DNA of 64,000 nucleotides, from the NCBI GenBank assembly GCA_964234715.1, contig OZ174276.1. One strand, written 5' to 3'. This DNA is from Podarcis melisellensis. Taxonomy: Eukaryota. Below, one piece after another: positions 25,656 to 37,677 of this stretch; position 1 is the stretch's first letter, and each line of letters starts with the position of its first letter. The notes beneath the pieces were generated by a model. The model was not told where the DNA came from, searched no databases, and was given only the letters and a program-made list of their open reading frames with translations. A program made the position numbers and the translations under genes.

Positions 25656-28401
25656 CTTAGTAGGTATGATTTTCTGTGGATCCTTTTTTTTTTTTTTTTG
25701 TAAATAGTGACTTAATTTATTGGACAATTCCTGCATTTTTTCATAAGTCACACAGTTTCTCATCTTTGGACTACAAATGGAGTTGCACAGAAACCTAAAG
25801 CCTTGATTATGTTTTAAAGACTGGTTTAGGTTGCAGTCTTAATGCATACTGACCTGGCAGTAAGTCCTGTTGAACTCAATGATCCTTCCAAGTAAACATT
25901 TATAGGAGTGAGTTGCCAGTCATGCAAAAGATGTCTGTATTGTGTTCATTGCAGTTGTGCCATTTTAAGATACTAAATCAATAGAATGAAGAATGAATGA
26001 AGTTAATAGGCTTGCAGGGGGTGGGTTGAGGGGCCAGTATTTTTTTCTTCTGGAAGCCTTATCAAGGTAAACAACACATCACAGACAGTTGCATTTAATG
26101 CAGCCTTGTTAGTCAGTTTGTGATCAGTAAAGTTTGACTGGAGATGCAGCAGGTGAATAGGGGTACTTACCCCTTTCCTCCCCAGTTTTTCTGCACCAAA
26201 TTCTCCAATCCATCTCTAGCTTCCTTTTCAAATGTAGACAAACTGGGCAGTTGTCAGGTACAGTTGGGTGGGGTGTTGCTTGCAGAGATGACAACACTTT
26301 GAGCTGGAACATCTAGTTCAATCTCACCTAGTGCTGCCGTCTTAGTGCAGCCTTTTCAGCTCTCCTGCTAAGTAAAGCAATTACTAACTGCTGCGTCAGC
26401 GGCACTGGAAGCATCTTTGATAAGTGTGCTATTTCACAGATTGGTATATAGCTACCAGTTGCTTTGCAGATGCTTTTTGACACACAGATGTGGTTGGTTG
26501 AGTACTGAAAATCACAGGAATTTAGCTTTCTCCTTTTGCATATATCAAGGCAGAGGCTGTTTTGATTGATTATGAAGCATTTCCTCCAGTTTTTCTTCTC
26601 TCTCTCTCCCCCTTCCTGAGGCAGCCTATTTTTATTGTTGTGATTTTTGTACCAGTGTAAAAGGAACACAAGAAGCAACCGTGAACACAAGAAGCAATTG
26701 TCCCAGACCCAGAAAGCAGGCAAAATTAATACATTCTACACACATAATTCACTGGCACATACAAAGCTGTTTTTCACTGAGACATTGGTTCGTATTGCAT
26801 AACGTTGTCTGTTTTTACAGACAACATTTCAGGGTCTCAGGCGGTGGTGTTTTTGAGCATTCCTGTCTGATATTTTAACTGAAGATTGAACTCAGGACCA
26901 TTGTGCATACACAGCATTGCTCTCCTACTCGGCAGCAGCCTTTTCACTACTGATGAACCATTTCATTAATGCAGTACTGCATTTTTGTAATAGTTGATTT
27001 TGAAAAATTATATAGGAAGTGAAGGATATCTGTAATTGTAAGCTATTTTGTGTATCTATCCATTTTCAAACTGGTGTTGTCAAATAAGTGTCTCTGGCAG
27101 GTGGATGAAAATGGCAGTCTTTTTTGTTCCTGACTCTGCTACTGCCTTATTGGTTTGTTTGTTTTCTCAGTGGTGAGAAAGGTTTTACCTCACCTCATTT
27201 TTGAAAAGTCTGCGTACAGCCTTTCAAAGCTATGAAATGTTGAAACTAAAATGGCTGTGCATTCTGCTCTGATTCACATAGCATTAGGTCTGTGGGTAAA
27301 GAACCAGAAGGGCAAGTTTCCCAAGGTTAAATGAAAAAGTAGATTCCGTTTCTTTCGGAGTGATCAGTTGCAAAGATCGTCACGCTTGCACCCCTTGAAG
27401 TCTTAGTATCAGCAGTAGCATTTCAACAGTTCTAGAACTGCCAGGGCCCAAATCTGTGACTCCTCCAGCTCTTTAGCCCCAGAAGATGAACTGGTACTTA
27501 ATCATGGGCTGAGGATCCTCAGTTTGGAAATAGTTTGGGACCAGGGGAGCTGGCAAGCAGTAAGAGTTCAGGGAGAGTGGGAGGACAGGATTAAAATGGT
27601 GGGATTTAATACATGCTTTGGGCTTCTTGAGTTAAAAGAGCAACTATATGCATTGCTGCTGCCCTAACTGTCTCAGCCTTGCTCTGAAATTCTCAGCTAT
27701 TATTTTCCTCTATTGTAAACCTTTCTTGACTGTGCTGCTTTTTAGGACTGCAATTGCTTGCCTAAGAAAATCTCCAGTTTATGAACTGTGATTATCCAAC
27801 AGTGTGTTATATATTAATATTTGTACAGTCACATGGTGTCCTGGGGATTCAAAGAATCAAAAGATTTGCAGCTCCCATAAAGCCTCTTTAATTAACTTGA
27901 TTCAGATATTATTGTGTCACTGGGTATCTCTCTCATGGGGAGAATGTTTCATTTGTTAGTACTTAGCCAAGGCATGTCACAGTTTTCATTTTGTATCTAG
28001 GGGTTTCACATGTATTGAGTGAAAATGTGTCTTGCTTTCAGTCAACCATATATGTCTGGTGAGGAAGGCTGAACCTTTCCATCTTGCCTCTGAGATGCTG
28101 CTGTGTTTGCTTTCCAGAGCTTTGAAAGGTTGTAGAATGTAGTAAAACTTAATCTTTTTCCGCCAATGACCAACCTGGCAGCAGTGTGCAAGTCATGCTG
28201 TCTGGGTATACATAGTACTACATGATTTTTACGTGCCACTGCCAGGGTTGGCCATTCATTGAACAAGTTTTCCGAGATAAGCATTGGAGAATACCGAGCT
28301 GAACAGTGCCACTAAACTAAGTCTCACATACTTGTAGGTGGCCTCCTTGGCAGCACACAGGGCTGCTGTGCTCCCGCTTAGGCTGTGTTCATGCTTGAAC
28401 T

Positions 28402-28706
28402 CAGGGGCGGAGGAAGGGGTGTGTGGTAGGGGTGGGCTGCCCCGGGTGTCAACAATGAGGGGGGTGACAAAATGCCAGGCGATACTCACCGCAGGGTCTG
28501 CAGTGCGCGCAGACCCTCTCCCGGGAGAGATGCGGTGGCTTGGGCATACGCAGGCTCTGCACTGCCCAAGCGGTTCGCCCACTGCCTCCCCACCAGCTGT
28601 AGGGCGGCTGAGTGGGAGGAGACAGGCAGGCTCTGGAGGCCCCGCGGTGAGCCTCGCCCCTATGGACGGTGCACCCCAGGCGGCTGGGCGGCTTCCTCCG
28701 CCACTG
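28402..28706. mobile_element. GC-rich hAT MITE, 305 bp
   Basis: TIRs caggggcggaggaag / cttcctccgccactg. Perfect 8-bp TSD CTTGAACT. Confidence 0.9.
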
Positions 28707-29179
28707 CTTGAACTGATAACACCAGATGGAGGCCAGCTATGTTGCCACTGCCATTTGCCTAATCATACCAGCTTTAAAATGTTCACACAAACAGTGTGGC
28801 ATGGCTGTGAAGATGTTGGGGGACTTACATGCTCCTCAGTCCCACATTCTCCTCGGATGCTTAGGCCGAGGCCTTCATCAGACATGAACTAGGTCATAGA
28901 GACAAATTTATGCTGGATGTATTAGAGACAGAGATTTCACTGGAGGCCTTCAAAGAAAAGAAATAGTTGACAGATGGACCCCTGATGTTTATTGAGTAGC
29001 AAAATATCTTTCTGGAGAAAGAGTTTATAGACATGTACTGAGTCTGTTTTGTTCATTGGGTAGAAAAGCAACATTCAACAAGGGACAAAGGTTCTGTGAT
29101 CTCATGTTGCCAGTCTAGCTGTCTAATGACCGAGTTGTGCATGTATCTTTATGGGCTTTTCTTTGTTTTTGTCTTCTAG

Positions 29180-30016
29180 GTGCAAGAGTGGTTATGTTTA
29201 AATTGCCAGATGCAGAGAGCTTTGGGGATGGACATGACCACTGCGCCCCGTTCCAAAAGCCAGCAGCAGCTACATTCTCCGGCACTTTCCCCCTCCCATT
29301 CCCCAGCCAAACAGCCACTGCCCCATGTGGCACCAGGACCAGAGAAACAACCAGGAACTATGCAGCCAGGCCCCAGGCCAAGTGCTGGTGTCATGCAGCC
29401 TGAGACCCCCAAACCACCCCCCGCTTCAGCCCAGAGGGAACCACCCAGCCAAGCCCAGCCAAAACCTGCTGCTCCTCAGGAAGTGGTGAGGTCTTCCCCT
29501 CAGCATCAGCAAGCAAAGCCTTCGTCCACTGATCAGAGAAAGACTGTGGGAGACTCTCCAGCTAAGACTTCGGCCCCTGCCCCCAGTGCTGGGGTGCAAG
29601 AGCAGCCCCAAGAGGGCCTCACTGGTAAACTCTTTGGATTTGGGGCTTCCCTCTTGACCCAGGCAAGCACACTCATGTCTGTCCAGCCAGAGGCCACCCC
29701 ACCAAGTCAGCAGTCCCCTGGCAAAGTGCCTCCGAAAATTGTCTTCAGCGATGCCAGCAAAGAAGCTGGTCCTAAAGCCCCAGGCACCACACCTGGAATG
29801 CAGGGTAAGGCTGGAACTGTCCCGGCTGCAAAGCAAGCAAAAGCAGAACAAGTAATTAAGCCAAAGGAAGTGCCGAAAGCAAGGGTCTTGTGCCCCCTCT
29901 GTAAAGCAGAGATCAACGTGGGCTCCGGTGAACCCTCCAACTATAATACCTGTACATCCTGTAAGCAGCAGGTCTGCAACATGTGTGGATTCAACCCAAC
30001 ACCTCATCTGGTGGAG
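29180..30016 (+). CDS. BSN: Bassoon exon 3 (end of ZnF1, Pro/Gln-rich linker, first three CxxC pairs of ZnF2)
   Basis: VQEWLCLNCQMQRALGMDMTTAPRSKSQQQLHSPALSP...EGLTGKLFGFGASLLTQASTLMSVQPE...PKIVFSDASKEAGPK...CPLCKAEINVGSGEPSNYNTCTSCKQQVCNMCGFNPTPHLVE. Long polypyrimidine acceptor ttttgtcttctag|GTG, donor GAG|gtaag, 837 nt, phase 0-0, in frame with exon 2. Confidence 0.97.
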
Positions 30017-33000
30017 GTAAGGCTCCTAATTTAATTTTTAACACAGTGTTGAAAATCAGTGCATTTCCTGTGGCTGGTTTCAATATGGATAAGGATATGG
30101 TTGATAAGGATATGAATGGCAGTGCATCTTTTGATTGGTTTGATGGGGGAAATTAGCAACTATTCTCATAGGAAAATAAATGCAAAAAGGAATCTTATGT
30201 AGTTTCCCTCTTGCTCCTCCAAAATTTGGTTTTGGAAGAGACGGGGGGAACAAAGCGATCATGTTTTCTTGGCCTGTGAGAGGATGAGGGTCCCTGGGAA
30301 AGTAGCACTGTGACAGCAGCGGGCAAGTAATTTTTTCTTTTCTGAACACAAAAGCATCAAGCCTGGGTAAGAAGGAGCTGCTCTGGATTTGGTTGCGTTT
30401 GGTTTGGATCCCAAGCTGAAATGACAGAATGCTTTGCAACTTGCTGGGATAGATACTGATGATAATTATTTGATTGCCAAAGAGTTGATGGAGTAACGGC
30501 CTTGCCTAGTGAGTTCATGAAGGCTGGAGTTGACTTGATGAACCTTGTCCTTGTGGGTAAGGGCAGAAGAATGTACATAGGGAAAGGTCTTAAGGTACCC
30601 AAGTCTTGTATCACCACACAGATATCTTTCCTGTTCTGCAATATGGAAATGGTTACGAATGCATATTCTGGTCTTGGGTTTCTGAAGTTTAAAGGAAATA
30701 TGATAGTAGATGAGTCATCCATCCTTTTATTAAAAAAAAGTCTTTGATTTGCACCTGGAAGTCATGCTGCTTTCATAGGTAATCAGTCTTAGCATGAACT
30801 GTAAATGGTGAATTTCCTAGGAAGATGGTGTAGTCATACCCTTTACATCTAATTGGAAATATATGTGAAGTCCTCCAGTTCTGTTAGAATCTAATGGATC
30901 ATTGCAAAAATCACCATGGAGCAATGGTGGCCCTTTCATGAGTCCAGACCAGAGGCACAGAACCTGAGAGTACTCAATTAATTTACCATCTTTATCTGAT
31001 AATCCTGAGCATAGCAGGGAGCTTATAACCAGAGGTTATAACTACAGAGAACTGAGTCACATGGCTTGGATCTATTATCCACCCAGTCTCTAGTATGGAT
31101 CGTATATTTTTTGTTGGTGGAAATGGAGGTTGGAAAATGCATAGTAAGCACAAGCCTGCCTCTTAGTGCACAATATTAAGAAGATTGATTTATAGGATTT
31201 TACAAAAGTAATTTATTTGGAAGCAATTTTGTTTCTTCTAAACCACTTTTCCATCTTTTTGGAGATATAAAAAAATTCCATTCTAAATCATAAAATTGGG
31301 TTAAAGTTGTTGTTATTTAAATCAGATTAAAAGTTACTGTGACATACGCATAAAAAATCTGATCAGCGTTTATGGCACAGCAGTGCCTTTTGATTTGAAG
31401 GGCATTATTTCAGGAGATGGTTTTTGGGGCTGGTCCTAAAAGTCTTACTCTTTTTAAAAATTCTCTTCTGCAATGTAAAGTCAGGGATCTGTGCAGTTCC
31501 TGGTGCTCTGGGAACTGAAACTGATACCTGGGCAGCAGATGGCTTCTCAATTAGCACAGAAGCAACGCTGTGACCGTGTTGTGGGGTGCTGCACCGCTGT
31601 GGGTACATATACTGCTTGGATGGGACATAAAATCCAGTCCGTGATTACCTGGCTTGAATCCAAGTACCATTTAGCCCTCCCTGCACCCTTCATTTCCCCA
31701 AAGGGGGAAAAGAGCTATCTTGAAATTTCAAGTGTATATAGATGTTTCTCACAACAACTTTAAGTGGCTTCTGGTTTACTTTAACTACTACTGTCAAACA
31801 GCTGTCACCTCCCACACAGCAAAAGAGTGCTGCATTTTAGTGGTGGCGTTGAAATGCCTGTGTGGGTGTGATGCTACCACGGAAGTTGCAAGACTAGTAG
31901 CGTACTGCATTATTATATAGCTCTATCCACAGGAAGCCCAAAGGCCCCTTATTTTAACAAGCCAAGCTGCACCCCTAGATGACCCCAAAAGAGTACACTA
32001 ATCCTAAGTTGGAAGTTCAAACCATCTACAACAAGTATGAAATTGCAAGCAAGTGTGTTTTTTATTTTTAAGCATCACACTAGCTTTCTCTGGGAACTCA
32101 CACCTTGTTTTCCTTGTCTGATAAAAAAATGGCTTAAACGGTGTAATCATGTGAATTGGGTAATGACATTTCTTTGCATGGAGCAGTGACTTTGTAACAT
32201 TGGTGCAATGAAGTCAGCAGCAGCTTCATAGCATTTGAATAGTAATGTCAGGGACTGGGGGACCCTTTTAAAACCCCACATAGCTCAATGTTGCATGTAA
32301 GAGCAGAAGAACAAGGAGCTAGAGAGGATGCCATATTACATTTTACAGAATGTAAAACCTTGACTGAAGCAGTACAGTGCAGATTGGAACATTCCATAGG
32401 AGCAAGATACAGCCAAGTTCTGATGAAGGGATGAGCCATTAGTTAAAAATGGGGCAACAAATAGCAATGGGAAGTAGGAAGGGTTTTCAAATGTATATGG
32501 TTAGCTCCTTACAGTAGAAGATGCCTCTACCTTCACCTCCACCTTGGCAGTTGAACGAGTGTGCCACCCCTTAGGGGGTGCTGCTTCAGGCGGCTCCCTC
32601 ATCCTGCCTCATGGGTGGTCCAGCTCTCCTAACAGCCAATAAATCAGCAAATCTCTGACACTATAAAGTTTGGGGTATTCCGACTTCTGCAGTGTTTTGT
32701 GTAAACAAAATAACTCCATAGGACTCTGGAACTGCAAGCCTAATGTTTGAAATAGGCTGCTACTGCCAAATTCTGAGTTATTTATGAATGCCGAACAAAA
32801 ATGCAGGTTTTTAAAAGATGCAAATTCCGCCAGCAGGTGCGGAGGGGAGAATTTAAGGCTTTCCTCCCCTGCTTCAGTCCTGAGGACAATCCTTTTACTA
32901 AAGCTAGTATTTGCTTTGGGGAAGAAATTCCCCATTGGCACCAAGAGAATACAGGGATGAGTACTGCGCTCTACAAAAAGATATGCAGCAGTCTGCCCAA

Positions 33001-33499
33001 ACAGGCAGTTTGTAGCCATGTATAAGCATGATTCACTGAAGAAAAGAGGCGGGGAGTTAAACTGTATATCACTCTTGCTAACCTAGCAAGGCTGGGAAAG
33101 TAAGGAACCATTAAAACTGTTTGCTCGTTGGATTGTTCATTTCACCATTCTCTCCGTCAACTCCTAATGAATAAGCTGGCAGAATAAAAACCTGTTCAGT
33201 CATATATTGATTAAAATTTACATTTGTATATTGTTTTCCTTCTTTAATAGAAATGTAGCAATTGGCCTGCAAAAACAATGGTGCTGTAGTGCCAGAATGT
33301 ATAGACTCAGATCTTAGGATGGCAATTGCAGAGTAGAAGCATGTTTGATTCCCTTGGGACAGAAGACCAGTGTTCCCTGCTGCTGCCCAAACTTAGAATT
33401 GTTAGGGAGCAAGGAAGATGTCGGCCTTTCTATGCAGCACCCCAAGGACCAATTGAGTGGACCTGGAGCACAGTCATCAACACTAAACTTGCCTTTTAC

Positions 33500-33697
33500 T
33501 TATTTTATTCTTTGCATTTATGCCCCACCCTCTCCCAAAGGAACTTGGGAAAACATAAATGAGGGTTTGCCCCCATTCTGTCCTCACAAGAATCCTGTGA
33601 GAAAAGCTGGCCCAGGGGCTGACCCAGAGTCACCCAGTGATTTTCAGAGCAGAATAGGAGTCCAACTGCAATCTTCTTAACCACACTATGCCACCCT
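33500..33697 (-). mobile_element. Squam2/MIR-like SINE, decayed
   Basis: cccattctgtcctcacaagaatcctgtgag...gacccagagtcacccagtga...cttaaccacactatgccac. Confidence 0.6.
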
Positions 33698-34286
33698 AAT
33701 TCTGGGCGACTCTGCCCTTCTTGCCAGGTATAGGATGAAATCTTTACAGCATCGGTGCAAATTATTTGTTTGTCCTGTGGAGAAGATTAGAAGAATCTAC
33801 ACAGCTGACTCTGTGATTTGTGCTTGTGGTGAGCTCTTCTACTATATAATTAGTTGTGCTCAGAAGCAAGCTGACTTGTAGGCATGTGAACTTGCCCGTT
33901 TGCTAAAATCAAAAATTAATGTTCAGCAAACAGTTCTGTCTGCTTGTGTAGCTGCTTGCCATACAAACAGAAACAGAGAATGTTAGGTGCACCACTGTGT
34001 ATTTTTCTTTTATTTCAATATCTGCAAGATTATGCTAATTAAAGATTGATAAATAATAAACCAAAGACTACAGGCAATGTAAGTTTTCTGCACCAAAAAA
34101 GAAGGAAAGAAATGAAGGCAGTACTGTACTCCTGGAGAACTTTTATTTAAAGCAGTTCTCTATAGCTATAACAAGGTTTGTTGTTAAAAGCAGACTTCAC
34201 ATTGTTCATGAAAGGTACAGTGAGACAAAATAATGCTTGCTATTAGATTTTGCCTGTCATGTCCATGCAATTTTAACAGCTCAGTC

Positions 34287-34593
34287 CAATAGTGCTGGGT
34301 ATAGGGGGCGGAGGGGTCTTCAGCTCTGCCAATACTTTTTGGCATGGGGTAGTGCTCCCCCCAATACTGCATGCACATCCCAGCGCCAGCCTTTGCCCAG
34401 CAACCCAGACTCCACACGGCTGGGACGAGAGTGGGTGATCTTTGCTTCACTTGTCCCAGCCATACCCCGGCTCCTGGGCTGTGGCTGGGACAAGCAAGCG
34501 CGGAGATCACCCTCCACAGGTCTCATGGGCGACATCACATGACACATCACATGACTGCGCCCCCTTAATGTGGGGGGCAAGTCGGCACCCCTG
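34287..34593. mobile_element. hAT MITE with an internal hairpin
   Basis: Perfect 8-bp TSD GCTCAGTC (34279-34286, 34594-34601). Right end gtcggcacccctg, degenerate left end caatagtgctgg. Confidence 0.75.
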
Positions 34594-34651
34594 GCTCAGT
34601 CCTAACTATACTTAGAAAACTTGGAAGTACTATTGATTTTAACTGCAAGAG

Positions 34652-34767
34652 AGATAGCCATGTTAGTTGGAGGAGAAACATAAAAGAGTCTTATGGCGCC
34701 TTCAAGACTAATTCATTTATTTTGGGACAAGCTTTTTTGAGCTACACCTACTCTAATCAGATACATG
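34652..34767 (-). mobile_element. Penelope-like element terminal repeat with a decayed hammerhead ribozyme
   Basis: gatagccatgttagt...aaagagtcttatggcgccttcaagactaattcatttattttgggacaagctttt...gctacacctactctaatcagatacatg follows the sauropsid Penelope pLTR pattern. Confidence 0.7.
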
Positions 34768-35018
34768 GGGCTTTTCCACACTGAGGTTTATTGTGGGTTG
34801 GCAGCTGTTTGCTTTCACTTTTAATTTGTGTAGTCCACGTGATGTTACCCTCAAACAACACCAGTCTTATGTTGAGTAAATTTGGGTTTACCCAACAATG
34901 GACAATCAGGTAAGTTGGGGGGAACTGGGCTCCAAGCTGTTCTACTTGGGGTTGCATACAATTTGTGTGTTTTGGGGTGAATAGATCTCTTGTTACTTTG
35001 TGCTATGCCCCATTACAT

Positions 35019-35251
35019 GGCAAAAGGCGCGAGAGGATGGTCTCTGGCCACACTGCAGTTTAAATTACCTGCGGCCATGCCTCCTGCCGGCACTGATTGG
35101 ATGGCGGGGCCACCCCTGGTCAGGGCCCTGCCCTAGCACTGGCAACATGGCCAGACAGCATCAAGGAGGCCGTAAGTCTCCACCCCCAGCCAGATCATTG
35201 CAGGGGCTGAGGCCCAGCCACAACGCCACCCACCAGAGAAGGTGAGCAGAC
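35019..35251 (-). mobile_element. 233-bp GC-rich insertion between 21-bp direct repeats
   Basis: ttgtgctatgccccattacat at 34998-35018 and 35252-35272. No poly(A) tail or TIRs. Confidence 0.7.
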
Positions 35252-37149
35252 TTGTGCTATGCCCCATTACATACACACTGCTTTCTCAATGTTTTCATTT
35301 CTTTATGGCAGCACTTGTAACTCTTTTCAGCTCGGAAGGAAGAAAGAAACATTGAACTCAGTGTATATAGCATTATATGCTGAATGTTTTAAAGAAGAGG
35401 AGAAATCTGATGGTGGCAGTGGGAGCCCTGTATATTAAATTCGGATGTCTGTTGGCTTCCTATGAAGCCAGAGAGCGGGAGGACAATTTAAAGGGCAACA
35501 TGGGGAGATGGAAGGAGTTGCTGAATGCTTCCACTGAAAACTGCTTCTCCCCAGCTGTGTTCTTCCCAGTGAGACTCCCATGACTAGAAATAATCCCCTT
35601 TAGGTAAGACTGATATGTGACCCCAGTGTTAATTTGAAAAATAGTGGAAACATGAAAATGCAACACGTCTATGAAACACTGTTTAAACGGATGGTTCAGG
35701 GATGTGTTTGGTACAAGGAGTTCATCTGTTACATCTGAATTGAACTGAATAATGCTTTTTATCCCCTCCAAGTCAATTTCCATTATATTTTTTATAATAT
35801 TGATTTTTAAAATCTCTTTGGAGGCAGCCATCTCCTTGTTCAAAGGACTTCAGTTGTCCATTTCTCTTGAATCTTATACTGTAGGAAACATTTTTACAGA
35901 TTTTAAGCACGTTTTGCCTCCCTGAGCTGGATTGGATTTGCAGGAGATCCTCTAAGGCCTTTACTCGCTTTGCCAGAAGTGGAGGCATGGATTGCAGCTC
36001 TCACTTTTTCTGCAGGAGTGCTACACTGCAGCTCTTTCCCCCCCTCTTTAGCTGTTCTAGCTCTGCAGTCACCAAGGTCAGCAGATACAACTCCAAACAC
36101 TCCAGAGGACTGAACTACTGAGGAAGATGAGCCCAGTTTGAGCTGTTAAAAGATTATACATGCTTTGCTCCCAATGGAGGATGGATTCCTGTTTCAGAGG
36201 GGTTCTGAACCCCTGTCTATAATGTACCTGCCACCGTCACTGTTGAAAAGCAGTGTTATAGGGTTACAAGAGGAGTAGCCCCAATTTCTGACTTCATGTG
36301 TAAAGTGGTGATATACACATACAGTAGGATCGTGTCTTGCTCAGGGTTTACTTTCTGAGGGGGTAGTACGTAAAGCCAAAGTTGTGTATATTCAAAACAA
36401 TCCCCTGGAACCATCCCAGCACAAGCAATTTTACCTTCCAAAGCCTGCACGAGATCTTGCAAGGGCTTCCAAGATTTTGTGAAGGCCTCCAGAACCCACA
36501 GGAGACCTTCCCAAGCCCGGTAAGCAAGGCAAGGAACTCTGCGACTTGCATACATTTAATATTAGTGTGATATCAGCTGGCCAGCCACCAGGCGCGTCAG
36601 GTTGCAGTCGCACAAGTTAAATCAGCACAAGTTGTGATCCTACGGTACATGTGCATATATGCCAAGGTTGCAGTCTTTTCCTGGGGAAGGAGGAACAGTT
36701 GTGGAGATATATGCAGTGTTACATAGTTTGCTGTGTGTGTGAAAGAAATTGTGCCATCTAAATATCCCTGCCCTAATATTCTGTACTGCAGAAAAATCCC
36801 CAGCAGATGCATATTCAAGCCCCAAAGGAGATTTCACAACCTCCCTCCCTAGACAGCTTCTTGTGTACAGCTAGAAAGTTGGCTGTTATTCAGATCTCTG
36901 GGGAGACCATTTCAAGCCGTAGAAGCAGACCTATTTCAGGGTTGCTTTCCTAACCCCTTTCCCCTGGAGAGAGAATCCATGATAGCTCCGCAGCTCTCTC
37001 CATGGTGTATCACTATTCAGCCAATGGGAGGCAATGCCTCTCTTAATATATATGGCAAAAGGTCTGTCATTATTGTTGTTTATTAATTTTGCATAACTAA
37101 CTATTATAGAAAATTAATCGAAGAAAAAATAGATGTGTCCCAGCTCTGA

Positions 37150-37620
37150 TTGATTTAATATTTATTTAGCAGTGCTGATACAGTCCCTTCCCAGAGCACT
37201 TATAGTCTATATTAAACTGGCTGACAGGGATACACAGAGAGGTCATGGTTTGGCAGAGAACTAGAAATGAGGTAAGGAAGAATTTGGAGTACAAGGTAAG
37301 GTTAAGCTGATTCTAGAAACACATAGTGATGAAGCTAGTCTTGAGGAGGGAAGGAAGTGACTTGATGAAAAAGAGAGGGGATATGATACAGTCGTTGAAA
37401 GTGTCATGGCAAGATTCACAGTGGAAGAAAAAGCACACCAATAGCAGCTAATCTTGTTGGGATGTTGAAAGAGTGCAGGGGAAATAAGGAGAGATGTGAG
37501 GCATGGTATGCAGACAGAGATGTGGAGCAGCTTTGCAAATAGGGACTGGAGGGTTATAGAAGGAGTTATGTGGAAGTGTAAAGAGAGAGGAATATGATCA
37601 TAGCAATGGGATGACAACCT
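37150..37620 (-). mobile_element. Old L2 LINE 3' end
   Basis: Purine-rich on +. Minus reading SHCYDHIP..SLH...AFS resembles the L2 DHITPLL..LHWL...AFS C-terminus. Confidence 0.6.
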
Positions 37621-37627
37621 GAAACAA

Positions 37628-37673
<46 letters not shown>
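37628..37673. repeat. (AAT)n microsatellite
   Basis: About 15 perfect units. Confidence 0.95.

Positions 37674-37677
<4 letters not shown>

Noticed and set aside
26664-26697. Short direct repeat gaacacaagaagcaa x2, and similar small duplications at 11758 and 59025
   Set aside because: Ordinary local slippage duplications with no array or spacer structure.
28338-28892. 184-aa + ORF
   Set aside because: It is open because it crosses a GC-rich hAT MITE bounded by TIRs and a TSD.
29426-30007. 193-aa minus ORF
   Set aside because: It is the antisense shadow of GC-rich BSN exon 3.
32609-33019. 136-aa minus ORF ending PKLYSVRDLLIYWLLGE, loosely like GCR1_C or Crypton motifs
   Set aside because: The resemblance is too short, the ORF length is within chance expectation, and there is no supporting splice structure.
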